IMG/VR virus record: IMGVR_UViG_3300035070_002626
Coordinates: 186,001-250,000 of that record
Length of the DNA: 64,000 bases
Reading direction: 5' to 3' (one strand)
Under the pieces are notes generated by a model. It ran no database searches, had not been told where the DNA came from, and was given only the letters and a program-made list of their open reading frames with translations. The position numbers and the translations under genes are program-made. This document shows positions 1-9,170 of this stretch, piece by piece (position 1 is the stretch's first letter; each line of letters opens with the position of its first letter).

Positions 1-2
1 AT

Positions 3-215
3 ATTAAAATTGACTGTGAAGGATATGAGCTATCCATACTACAAGGTGCAGAGCAAACTATTAAACATCATCAACCTGTGATTGTAGTTGAACAAAAACT
101 ACACAAAGATACCGGCATAACCAAAGAAACACAATATGGCAGTGTTGAATTACTAAAAAGTTGGGGCATGATTGAACTGGCCAGAGTGAGAAACGACTGT
201 ATACTAGGCTGGTAA
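3..215 (+). CDS. FkbM-family SAM methyltransferase, C-terminal part (truncated at window edge; absent from ORF track)
   Basis: Manual translation of frame 3: IKIDCEGYELSILQGAEQTIKHHQPVIVVEQ...ILGW*. The KIDxEGxE motif and 'P vivvE' strand are typical of FkbM; stop TAA at 213-215. Confidence 0.8.
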   Translation: MKIDCEGYELSILQGAEQTIKHHQPVIVVEQKLHKDTGITKETQYGSVELLKSWGMIELARVRNDCILGW

Positions 216-1139
216 GTGCGGTTCAAAGTGTCGATATATTTCACCATTTTGACTTTGTGCAATAGTCCAATGTGCTTGACATAAATTATTCAACCACTGT
301 TCTCTGTCCGGCATTTGAGGATTGTTAATATTTCTAGTATTATGATTTGCAACGTCCCAAGTAACTGCACTTTCTTCATTGATAAATGTTGGTACACCTT
401 CCAATACACTCAATACACTGCTCGAGCTGTTGTAAAATACCGCAGCCCTGGCGCCCTTAACATCTTGTTGAAGTGTGCGCTTGGTACTATCAACAATGTC
501 AACGTGTTGTTGTCGGCCGATTAATTCTGCCCATGGTTTGTCCATAGTACCTGGATGTGGGCGTATTTTAATAACAGTGCCAACTTGACTGCGTATAATT
601 TTTAATGTTTTTTGTAGCCAAGCTATTTGGTCAAATCCTTTAGCATTCCAGCCGTTATCACGCTGCAAGCATAATAAAATATGATCACCATAATTTTTCC
701 ACGGCTTTAATTCAAGTCCTAATGTATCACGCACCATATGCCAGTGATTATGATTGCTGTTACTGTTAGCATATTCACCTTCGTTGTAAAACACACTGTC
801 AAGGCTGTAACGCAACCACATGTTTTCGTGCTCATTGTGAAACTTAAAGCAACTTCCATCAATGCTCATAACTCTGCCGCCAATTGCCTTTTGATGATTA
901 ATAATAGCTTCTCTATGATAAATGTGCGGACCACTATAGCTCATACCGACCCACCCAATGATTACTGCTAGTTTTGCACGATGTAATTGCCGATCACGCA
1001 AATTTTCATCAACCAACACACGGGCACCACATTGTCTTGCGCCGTCTGCAAATGCTCGCATGATCTGTACTTTAATATTATGATTGCGAATCTTCGGAAG
1101 ACTGCTCAAGTACACAACAACATCATAATCCCACGTCAT
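204..1139 (-). CDS. Capsule-polysaccharide-synthesis-like (GT-B) glycosyltransferase-domain protein
   Basis: 311 aa; ILLCLQ...IKIRPHP...AAVFYNSSSSVLSVLEGVPTF resembles the KpsS/KpsC-type C-terminal pattern; paralogous to the C-half of 1136..2800. Confidence 0.55.
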   Translation of the reverse strand: MTWDYDVVVYLSSLPKIRNHNIKVQIMRAFADGARQCGARVLVDENLRDRQLHRAKLAVIIGWVGMSYSGPHIYHREAIINHQKAIGGRVMSIDGSCFKFHNEHENMWLRYSLDSVFYNEGEYANSNSNHNHWHMVRDTLGLELKPWKNYGDHILLCLQRDNGWNAKGFDQIAWLQKTLKIIRSQVGTVIKIRPHPGTMDKPWAELIGRQQHVDIVDSTKRTLQQDVKGARAAVFYNSSSSVLSVLEGVPTFINEESAVTWDVANHNTRNINNPQMPDREQWLNNLCQAHWTIAQSQNGEIYRHFEPHLPA

Positions 1140-2800
1140 CTGCTGTAGTTCTCCTGCAAAATATGCCAGGCGGTGCCTTCCTGCATTTCTTTAGGTGTAA
1201 ATTGATTGTATGCTAAATTGCAACAAAGATTTCTAACTTCGGGTATAGACGGCATGTAAGGAGTTGCAATTTTCTTTAAGTCTGTGTTAGCCAATGGCTG
1301 CGCTGCATTTGGTCCCATTGTGAACACAGGCTTTCCAAATATCAATGCTTCTACCGCAGCAATACTGTTGTAAGTTACCAAACAGTGCACATCTTGAGAT
1401 AGTGCCATTTCCATTGTGTCCACATTAACACGAGCATGTCGGCTTTGTTTTTCCCTGACTACAATAGGCCTGTCAGTGTGCTGTTTAATTTCGTTGATTG
1501 TTGTTTCTACCCATTCTGTTAAATCTACACCCCAATAAGACAGTGCTTTTTGACTAGGAGGACACAGCAAGATATTTCTCCCTGGAAGATGTCTGTTAAT
1601 TGTAACACCTGTTTTGAGAAATCTATCATCTTGGCACTGTTGGTATAATGGTGCACTATATTGCAATGCATTTTTAGTAATTCGGTGATATTTTTTATGC
1701 TTGCCGTTGCCAAAATAGCCAGTGTCAATGTAATAAAAATCTCGCTTTTCTTCTAAGCATCTATGTATTACTTTCTTTTTAGCAATACCTCTTACTACAA
1801 CCGGCACTGACAAATCAGTTAATTCTACGTGCTTGCTTGCTCCAAACACTCCGTTGGACCCTAATAAAAAACTCTCTACTATTACATCCAACTTTGATTC
1901 TCCTTTTGGTTGAGTAACGCCAGCATCAACAATGCCCATACAGCCCGGGGTATTATGAGATTGTATTATACGTTCAATGATGTTGTCCATACTGTCTTCG
2001 TTAAATATACCAAAAGGGTCACGGCGTAGTTTTAATAAATCTTTAATATCATTTCTAATGTCTTCGGGCAGTGTTAAATCACTTGCACTAATTGTGGGAT
2101 TGTTTAACGTTTCCAAATATTCGTCATGATAGGCATTCCACACATTAGCATACGCACAATCTTCATAATTTTCAAACCATGGGCCTCCTTCAGTGTAGTG
2201 CAAAAGTTTAGGGCTACCGTCACGAGGTTCTACATACCAGTCAGTTAACCAGTTCCATTCAGGGTTAACTGCGCCAATTTCTCTGTCTTTAAGCCAGCTA
2301 AATCTATGCAAGTATGCACCTGTTATATCTGGGGCGTTAACAACATCAACAGTTATTTTTTTATTGGCCTTGTGTGCGCAATTCCACACAACCATGCTGC
2401 TCCAATTTTTACGTGGATAAACTGTTTGTTGTTGCCCGTCCATCTTTACACCTTCTTTAGGAGTGTAATCATGTTGAACGCAAGTTACTGCTTTTTTAGG
2501 ATCAACTTCCTCAATGAGTTTGGCAATATCGTCCACTAGTATCATATCACTATCCATAAAGATAGCAGTACCTTTATAGTTGTTAAGTACTGGTACTAAA
2601 AAACGAGTGAACGTAAATTCTGTACTTGCAAGTTTATCAACTTCGCGACTATAAAATCCACGCATGCGCAAATCGTCTTGTTTTAGAAAGTGTATGTCCA
2701 CCGGAATAGTTGCATGTTTTAATATGCTGTGGCGGCACACGTCAGCAGCAATAGGTTCGCGACTGTCCCATCCAATGTAAATTGTAAGAATATCTTCCAT
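1136..2800 (-). CDS. Bifunctional glycosyltransferase: N-terminal GT-A (GT8/CDI-like) plus C-terminal capsule-synthesis-like domain
   Basis: IYIGWDSRE...STEFTFTRFLVP...FMDSDM (DxD)...KNWSSMVVWN...HYTEGGPWF; second half REK...HCLVTYNSIAAVEALIFGKPVF. Confidence 0.7.
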   Translation of the reverse strand: MEDILTIYIGWDSREPIAADVCRHSILKHATIPVDIHFLKQDDLRMRGFYSREVDKLASTEFTFTRFLVPVLNNYKGTAIFMDSDMILVDDIAKLIEEVDPKKAVTCVQHDYTPKEGVKMDGQQQTVYPRKNWSSMVVWNCAHKANKKITVDVVNAPDITGAYLHRFSWLKDREIGAVNPEWNWLTDWYVEPRDGSPKLLHYTEGGPWFENYEDCAYANVWNAYHDEYLETLNNPTISASDLTLPEDIRNDIKDLLKLRRDPFGIFNEDSMDNIIERIIQSHNTPGCMGIVDAGVTQPKGESKLDVIVESFLLGSNGVFGASKHVELTDLSVPVVVRGIAKKKVIHRCLEEKRDFYYIDTGYFGNGKHKKYHRITKNALQYSAPLYQQCQDDRFLKTGVTINRHLPGRNILLCPPSQKALSYWGVDLTEWVETTINEIKQHTDRPIVVREKQSRHARVNVDTMEMALSQDVHCLVTYNSIAAVEALIFGKPVFTMGPNAAQPLANTDLKKIATPYMPSIPEVRNLCCNLAYNQFTPKEMQEGTAWHILQENYSR

Positions 2801-3555
2801 TAGTCTCTTCTTTCAATGTCTTCTTCACTGAGTTCGGTACCCATCCAAACTTCAATTACTTTAGCAGTAACATTGCCGACATTAGTTGCTTTGTGCCAAG
2901 TGTGTGCAGGAATATCAATACTTTGTCCCGATGTATATAATATACTTGACTTGTCGCCATTGGCAAACTCTAAATCCATACGGATATCGCCTTCAACTAC
3001 ATGCCAATGTTCACTACGTATAAAATGTCTTTGGTCACTCAGCGGAGTTTCGGTCCCAAATGCAAGTTCCTTTACTGCCCAACCAGGGCCATTATGCAAC
3101 ACTGTGTAACTTCCCCATGCACGGTGCGTTGTAGGTTGACTCCACTCTTTGAGTATCCAACTACTGCTATTCTTTTTATCTTCGCCGCCAACACCAAATG
3201 CAAACTCTACATCCGAATAAATCATTTCTGGAATATTATCTTTAGTTCTGTCACCGCCGTTGGCAAATACAATTTTTGTTTTGTTGCTTGCTGTAGACAG
3301 CAATTGAAAAATTGCACTGCATGCTGTGTCGTCGTTGTCATTGAACCCAATAACTTCATCTACACATGCTAATTCTTTAATAATAGAACAGCGCTCTTCA
3401 AAGGACATAAAAGGGCGACCTTTTTTACGTGCGAGCCATTCATCGCTATTAACTCCTACAACAAGCTTGTCGCCAAGTTCTCTTGCTGCCTTAAAATATG
3501 CTATGTGCCCGCTGTGAAGTGGATCAAACCCCCCTGTAACTAATACTACAATCAT
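2800..3555 (-). CDS. Cytidylyltransferase (TagD/RfaE-II family) fused to cupin (mannose-6-phosphate isomerase type II C-terminal-like)
   Basis: TGGFDPLHSGH (HxGH), GVNSD, KKGRPF, ANGGDR, SSS; C-terminal RAWGSY...QRHFIRSEHWHVVEG...WHKATN cupin motifs. Confidence 0.8.
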   Translation of the reverse strand: MIVVLVTGGFDPLHSGHIAYFKAARELGDKLVVGVNSDEWLARKKGRPFMSFEERCSIIKELACVDEVIGFNDNDDTACSAIFQLLSTASNKTKIVFANGGDRTKDNIPEMIYSDVEFAFGVGGEDKKNSSSWILKEWSQPTTHRAWGSYTVLHNGPGWAVKELAFGTETPLSDQRHFIRSEHWHVVEGDIRMDLEFANGDKSSILYTSGQSIDIPAHTWHKATNVGNVTAKVIEVWMGTELSEEDIERRD

Positions 3556-3609
3556 AGTTGATATCCTTGATTTCTTGTTTTAAATGTGTCTACAGCGTGT
3601 GTTATTAAA

Positions 3610-4428
3610 TTATGCAATCCCATATGTTTCACCTTCGTGTCGCATGCCATTGAACACTGTGGTCTTAAATTTATTATTATCACTGTTTATTGTAGTAAAA
3701 AAATCTAAGTCTAGATCTAATTTTTCTATTAAATTAATTATTGCTCTTGTGTCCTTGGGCAAACACATCCCGCCGTATCCGCGTAGTTCATTGCTTACAT
3801 CAAGATACATATCACCCGCTCTGCCTGTTAGAATATAAGCATCTTTGACTCGTGTATAATCACTGTCTAACTTCTGACAGATTTCATAAAACACGTTAGC
3901 AAATGTAACTCGTGTAGCAGCATACAAATTTAGATAGTATTTGAGTATCTCAGCTTCATTTGGATTTAATTGTACAGTATGCACCGGATAATGCCCGTGT
4001 GCCTTTACAACAGTTTCGTAAACATAATTGTCTTTGGTTCCTACTGCTAGCATTTTATGTTCATTAATAAAGTCGTGTTCTGCACAACGCTCTCTTATAA
4101 ATTCTGGAACAAAACAAATCTGTCTATTTGTATATGTGTCTAGCATACTTTGTGTAAAGCCCGGAACAGTACTACTTCTAATAGCAATTATACCGTTGTA
4201 ATCTATGCTGTCTAACTCTTGTATTACACTCTTGACTATGTCAGTATTGCAGTCACCATTGGGCTTACTAGGTGTAGGCACACAAATAAATGTACACTCT
4301 GTATCTTTTACAATATTAATTGATGTATCAAATTTAGTGTCGTGCACAAATACATTGTGCCCTAGTTGCTCAAAGCCTACTTTGTTTGCTTTGCCTATTA
4401 CACCTAATCCAATAATTCCTAATTTCAT
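3610..4428 (-). CDS. ugd: UDP-glucose/GDP-mannose 6-dehydrogenase family, short form lacking the C-terminal domain
   Basis: GIIGLGVIG Rossmann motif, FICVPTP, RSSTVPG, PEFIRE, EAEILKY..N, GYGGMCLPKD catalytic Cys; only 272 aa. Confidence 0.85.
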   Translation of the reverse strand: MKLGIIGLGVIGKANKVGFEQLGHNVFVHDTKFDTSINIVKDTECTFICVPTPSKPNGDCNTDIVKSVIQELDSIDYNGIIAIRSSTVPGFTQSMLDTYTNRQICFVPEFIRERCAEHDFINEHKMLAVGTKDNYVYETVVKAHGHYPVHTVQLNPNEAEILKYYLNLYAATRVTFANVFYEICQKLDSDYTRVKDAYILTGRAGDMYLDVSNELRGYGGMCLPKDTRAIINLIEKLDLDLDFFTTINSDNNKFKTTVFNGMRHEGETYGIA

Positions 4429-5297
4429 TTTAAGTTTGCCTCAACTGTATATTTTAATCCAGCGTGTAGATCTGTAGTGGGCACCCATCCTGTTAGTCGT
4501 TGCACCTTTGTAATGTCCGGCATACGTCTGCGCACACTACCTTCTGGTGCAGGAAACTTTTTAATAGGCTGATCAACTCCCATATTATCTAGTATAATTT
4601 GTGCTAGGGTGAGCACATCAACTTCTTCGTTACTACCAATGTTAACTATTTCTCCACGTGCTGCATCTGTAAACATCAATGCTACTAGTGCATCACAAAA
4701 GTCCTTAACGTACAACCAGCTGCGTGTGTTGTCGTATCCGTATAGTTCTACGACACCTGTTTTCACTCTATCAATAAATTCATCAACAAAGTGATTAATT
4801 TGGCGAGGACCATATATGTTGTTAGGTCGTACTATAATCCAATCTAGTCCGCTTGCAATACATGCTTGCTCACCGAGTGCTTTTGAATTAGCATAGCTCC
4901 ATCGAATATTTGTAACGTCGGACACCACAATAGGACACGCTTCGTCTGTTGGTATCTTGTAGTTAAAGTAGTCAGTTGCTCCTGCAATACTTTCTGGTGT
5001 GCCAGTGTATACTATTAGCGGGCGCAACCCATCTTTGTTTCTGTAGTAGTCTAATATGTTAAGGGTAGGAATAATGTTGTCATTGATAACTTCAAACCCT
5101 TTGGTGTAAAAATCTTTGGTACTGTTGTATGCAGCAAGGTGTACAACGATATCTACTTCTGGAAATACTTTAGTTGTCTTAAGATCACCGGACTCTTTGT
5201 CCCATGCTATAATTTCACACTCTGGATGCTGTAGTGTTAATGTTTCTATAAGGTGACTTCCTATAAATCCTGATGCACCTGTAATTAATATTTTCAT
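4425..5297 (-). CDS. NAD-dependent epimerase/dehydratase (extended SDR), UDP-glucuronate decarboxylase (ArnA/UXS)-like
   Basis: ILITGASGFIGSHL, HLAA, GTPES, RWSYANSK (YxxxK), RPNNIYGP, TRSWLYVKD, RRMPDITK. Confidence 0.75.
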   Translation of the reverse strand: MKILITGASGFIGSHLIETLTLQHPECEIIAWDKESGDLKTTKVFPEVDIVVHLAAYNSTKDFYTKGFEVINDNIIPTLNILDYYRNKDGLRPLIVYTGTPESIAGATDYFNYKIPTDEACPIVVSDVTNIRWSYANSKALGEQACIASGLDWIIVRPNNIYGPRQINHFVDEFIDRVKTGVVELYGYDNTRSWLYVKDFCDALVALMFTDAARGEIVNIGSNEEVDVLTLAQIILDNMGVDQPIKKFPAPEGSVRRRMPDITKVQRLTGWVPTTDLHAGLKYTVEANLK

Positions 5298-5298
5298 T

Positions 5299-6483
5299 TT
5301 ATTGTCCGTTCATTGATACGTTGTCAAATGCTTTAAGCATTTTGTCTATGCCTTCTTTACAGTCAACAGCATGATTGCCTACCCAGAAACCATTTTTATG
5401 AATGTTTTCAGCAGCATCGTAGTTGCCAGTGGCAGTGTGTGGTAGCATTGATATTACAGGTTGAGCAAGGAAGTTTCCACTGGCAAGTGGTCTCGATTCG
5501 ACGCCTAACAATTCAAACTGTTCAACTAACAGATCACGTTTACCTTCCATGCTTCCATTGAGTACACAACCAAAACTAAACCAACTACTGTTGCCTACTT
5601 CTTTTTGTAAAGTTAAGTAACCTTTATCAGCAAACACACTCATAAAGTAATCTTTGTTTTCAATTCTCTTTTTTAAGATGTCTTCCCATTTTTTAATTTG
5701 AATACTTCCTATTGCGCCGCTCATTTCTAAAGGACGTACACTGTATCCAGGGGTTACAAATGTAAAACTGTCTTTGAAAAAGTTACCTGTCTTTTTAAAG
5801 ATACTACTATTGTCTGGCAATTCTCTACACCAACCGTGTGCTCTTAAACTTCTAAGATAATCTGCATCTTCTTGATTTTGTACGCATATCATTCCGCCTT
5901 CCATTGTTTGTAAATGGTGTGAAAAGAAAAAGCTATGACTGCCCATCATTCCGTGTGTACCGCAATATTTGTCGTTGTATGTTGCGCCCATACTTTCACA
6001 GTTGTCTTCTATTAGAACTAAATCATGCTTTTTGCAAATTAAAGTTATTGCATCATAGTCGCATGAATTGCCGCAAAGGTTAACAGGCATAATTGCAACA
6101 GTGCCTCCGTCTATTGCTTGTTCTATTTTGGTTACATCAATATTAAATGTGTTAGGATCAACGTCTACAAAATTTAAAATAAAATCATTTTGTGTTACAG
6201 GAAAATATGTTGTGCTCCATCCCACTGCGGGAACAATAACATTTGCATTAGGTTTTTTATTTAAGTTGTATTTCCATTTTAACAATGATAACATCAATAA
6301 GTTTGCTGTAGAACCGCTGTTTACCATAACAGCATCAGTTGCTCCAAACTTAGTCGCAAATTCTTTTTCAAACGCAAATACCTTGGGACCCATTGTAAAA
6401 CGTCCCGAGTCCATTACTTCTTGTATTGCAATTAGTTCGTCGGTGCCCCATGTGGACGAAGCCAGTGGATACGTTGCCTGCAT
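5299..6483 (-). CDS. colD: DegT/DnrJ-family PLP enzyme, ColD-like GDP-4-keto-6-deoxymannose 3-dehydratase
   Basis: MVNSGSTAN, IEDNCES, SFFFSHHLQTMEGG: His at the position of the Schiff-base Lys, as in ColD; RAHGW, GYSVRPLEM. Confidence 0.7.
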   Translation of the reverse strand: MQATYPLASSTWGTDELIAIQEVMDSGRFTMGPKVFAFEKEFATKFGATDAVMVNSGSTANLLMLSLLKWKYNLNKKPNANVIVPAVGWSTTYFPVTQNDFILNFVDVDPNTFNIDVTKIEQAIDGGTVAIMPVNLCGNSCDYDAITLICKKHDLVLIEDNCESMGATYNDKYCGTHGMMGSHSFFFSHHLQTMEGGMICVQNQEDADYLRSLRAHGWCRELPDNSSIFKKTGNFFKDSFTFVTPGYSVRPLEMSGAIGSIQIKKWEDILKKRIENKDYFMSVFADKGYLTLQKEVGNSSWFSFGCVLNGSMEGKRDLLVEQFELLGVESRPLASGNFLAQPVISMLPHTATGNYDAAENIHKNGFWVGNHAVDCKEGIDKMLKAFDNVSMNGQ

Positions 6484-6510
6484 AGTGAACTCCTGTATTA
6501 CAGTAGTACT

Positions 6511-6516
6511 TATTTA
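6511..6516 (-). promoter_or_regulatory. Late-promoter core TAAATA upstream of the ColD-like/SDR/Ugd genes
   Basis: GTAAATA followed by an AGGAG Shine-Dalgarno before ATG 6483. Confidence 0.5.
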
Positions 6517-6564
6517 CAGCCACTTGGCGTTAGTAAATAAATCAAAGTCTGAAAGTTGCGTTAC

Positions 6565-6912
6565 TCAATACCCGTTATTTCTTTTTACATTCCACGCAAT
6601 TGCTGTTAACAATCCCTCGGGCTTGTCATCGTTAACGACAATACGTTCTCCCATTGGCAAGTTAAACAGTATATGATCATATCGTATTCCGCTTTCCTTG
6701 AGAAAAAGTAGAGTTGCTTCTTTCCACGGATCGCTTCGAGCAGTTGTAATTACAATAACATCATCTCTAGGAATAGTGTCCCACAGTTCAACAACACCGG
6801 GCAGCAATGTATCTTGCCCATCGTCAAACAGCCCGTTGTGTTTAAATATAGTCCCATCTAAGTCAAAGAACCATGTGTGTTTTAAATTGTTACTGAGTTC
6901 AAATGGTATCAT
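6565..6912 (-). CDS. Small capless HAD-superfamily phosphatase
   Basis: FFDLDGT motif I, ITTAR motif II, terminal VNDD motif IV; 115 aa. Confidence 0.75.
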   Translation of the reverse strand: MIPFELSNNLKHTWFFDLDGTIFKHNGLFDDGQDTLLPGVVELWDTIPRDDVIVITTARSDPWKEATLLFLKESGIRYDHILFNLPMGERIVVNDDKPEGLLTAIAWNVKRNNGY

Positions 6913-8435
6913 TGTATTTTTGTTAATCCTTTGTTTAACCAGTAGAGCCCATAATAGAAACTACCAATTACACTGTCAATATCGTCTTTGGCATACCCAC
7001 TAAGTGCTAGCCAAATTAACCCGTGCAGCAATTCAATTTTTGCCACACAATCAGGTAGCAGTTCTTCGAACACACCTTCTGCAACGCCAGCAGTAGGTGC
7101 TGCAGGCATGATGATTTCACAGGTATCTTTGTCAATGTGTAGTTTAAACTTGCGCCGATTAAAGTTATCATATCCCCCAACAGCACTATAGTACACTTTA
7201 GCAAAATCATATATTGGATCGCCGAAAATACCAGGTTTATCAAAATACCCCCTGGGATCAATAAACCAAGCTTTGAGATTATTATCAATAATTGTATTGG
7301 AAAAAGTTGGATCGCCATGTATAGGAGTAAACCATGTTGTTTGTAATGCATTATTGATTTGATTCCACAAGTGCGAATGTGTACTATGAAATATATTAAT
7401 GCATTTTACACCATTGACTGTAAAACTTGCTTTATCAAATCCAGGTATGATCTTACTAACACTGTTTACTCTATTTTGTGTTTTTTCAATGTAAACACGT
7501 TTTATTTGATCATTGTTAGCAGGCTGTTGCCCTTTGCTGTGCAGGTCTTGCAGTGTGTAAATAATGTCTGCCAGCATACTGCGCTGTTCTCTTACAGTAA
7601 GATCCTGCAATTCCCACACATGTTGGCCTTTAACTCTGGACATTGTAAGATGTTGCGAGTCTACTCCCACGCTTGGTATTCTTTTAAAATCCAAATCATT
7701 GATTGCACTGTACCACGCATGCTCTTGTGTTATCAAGTGTGCATAGTCAGAATCGATTGCTTGTTTTACAACAACATCGTCTTGCACATCAACATTATTA
7801 AAGAATCTACAAAATCCTAGTTTGCTGTTGTTTGCTTCTATTGCCCCAAAGTCACCAAGTTCTTCGAGCTGGTGTTCTGTAACTGTATCAAAGTCACTAA
7901 CATTATTACTAAACCACTTAACAAACTCACCGCTAAGTGGTGGTTTTGGAAAATGCTCTTGCGTAGGGAAATAAAATATACCCGGCACACCGTTTGTTTC
8001 ACTGGGTGACTCTACAAGCCCATCTGGTTGCATACTCCAACGACAAGTAAATGCATCAGTTAAGCACACAATAGGACGATCGGCGTTATCCGGAAAAGGT
8101 GCAATATGATTGATGATCAAATCACTCCAAGTTAACAACACTGGTTCATCTTTGGGCACTGCATCTAGTGCTTGAGCAATGCCGGCACAGGTACCTGTTT
8201 CATTTGCACGAATTAATTTGTATTCAACATCAGGGCTATCAACTTGTAAATAGTTTTCTAATTGTTCATACAAGTAATCACCGATAATAATAAAACGTGC
8301 ATTTGGAAATTTGTCAAACAAATGATACAGTAAAGGCTTTCCGTGCACACTAACCAAGCACTTGGGTTTGTTCCATGTGTGATGACGCAGTCTACTTCCT
8401 CGTCCCCCTGCTTGTACTATTATATTCAACGTCAT
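6909..8435 (-). CDS. Nucleotidyltransferase fused to an APH/choline-kinase-like phosphotransferase domain
   Basis: N-terminal QAGGRGSRL...KPKCLV...WSD; C-terminal HGDPTFSN, FIDPRG, DPIYDFAK. Confidence 0.7.
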   Translation of the reverse strand: MTLNIIVQAGGRGSRLRHHTWNKPKCLVSVHGKPLLYHLFDKFPNARFIIIGDYLYEQLENYLQVDSPDVEYKLIRANETGTCAGIAQALDAVPKDEPVLLTWSDLIINHIAPFPDNADRPIVCLTDAFTCRWSMQPDGLVESPSETNGVPGIFYFPTQEHFPKPPLSGEFVKWFSNNVSDFDTVTEHQLEELGDFGAIEANNSKLGFCRFFNNVDVQDDVVVKQAIDSDYAHLITQEHAWYSAINDLDFKRIPSVGVDSQHLTMSRVKGQHVWELQDLTVREQRSMLADIIYTLQDLHSKGQQPANNDQIKRVYIEKTQNRVNSVSKIIPGFDKASFTVNGVKCINIFHSTHSHLWNQINNALQTTWFTPIHGDPTFSNTIIDNNLKAWFIDPRGYFDKPGIFGDPIYDFAKVYYSAVGGYDNFNRRKFKLHIDKDTCEIIMPAAPTAGVAEGVFEELLPDCVAKIELLHGLIWLALSGYAKDDIDSVIGSFYYGLYWLNKGLTKIQ

Positions 8436-9163
8436 ATGCTAACAATTCTTTCAGGTAACGGAATATCCCAAAGTTTGCCTTTGTTCCAGTAGTAAACTCC
8501 GTTGACCATGTCTGGGTAATTGTTGTACACATGTTGAAAACTCATGCCACTAAACACAAAACTTTCCAGCTTCCACAGTTTTCTTTCTCGCATGCAATGG
8601 AATGCAGCATCGATGTTGCGTGGAAACATAAAGTCACGCATTTCGTTGCCTGGAATTTGCGTTAGTTCTGTCCAGTCTAGAGAACTGCGAAACAATGCTA
8701 CACCAAAAGTCCAGCCTGCATTGTGTGTACTGTAAAAGTCTAAACTAAATCCATCCAACTTGTGCTCTACTAGATAGTTTTCGGCACTGTGAATTTTATC
8801 ATTGAGTGCATCCCACCTGTGCGTTAAAAACTGTGTATCGTCAGCGTCAATCATCCAGAAGTTGTCACTGTTGTCTTTGCTTAATTCAAACCCTGTCAGG
8901 TTAGCAGTTGCCATGTTGCGCTTACGGGGTTTGAGTTCTTTAAGATAACTTACTAAACTTCTATCACTAGCAACAAATTTTGTTTGCGGATAATCAATAA
9001 AACAAGTGTCTAATATTTTAGGACGACTTCCATCTTCTTCGGTTCTATCACACAATATCCAAGTTGGGTAGTCTTTAAATGTTTCTAGCCAGAAACGTAA
9101 ACAATGCACAGCATGCATGTCCATTCTGTCAATTTTTAAAAACACATTAGTTTTCATAATCAA
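8432..9163 (-). CDS. Hypothetical protein, possible GT-A glycosyltransferase
   Basis: 243 aa; FWMIDADD DxD-like motif; located in the sugar cluster. Confidence 0.4.
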   Translation of the reverse strand: MIMKTNVFLKIDRMDMHAVHCLRFWLETFKDYPTWILCDRTEEDGSRPKILDTCFIDYPQTKFVASDRSLVSYLKELKPRKRNMATANLTGFELSKDNSDNFWMIDADDTQFLTHRWDALNDKIHSAENYLVEHKLDGFSLDFYSTHNAGWTFGVALFRSSLDWTELTQIPGNEMRDFMFPRNIDAAFHCMRERKLWKLESFVFSGMSFQHVYNNYPDMVNGVYYWNKGKLWDIPLPERIVSI

Positions 9164-9170
9164 TAGTCTT

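Noticed and set aside
6511-6539. Inverted repeat TATTTAC...GTAAATA implying an antisense late promoter
   Set aside because: Short and AT-rich, with no credible plus-strand gene downstream; may be chance or a weak hairpin.
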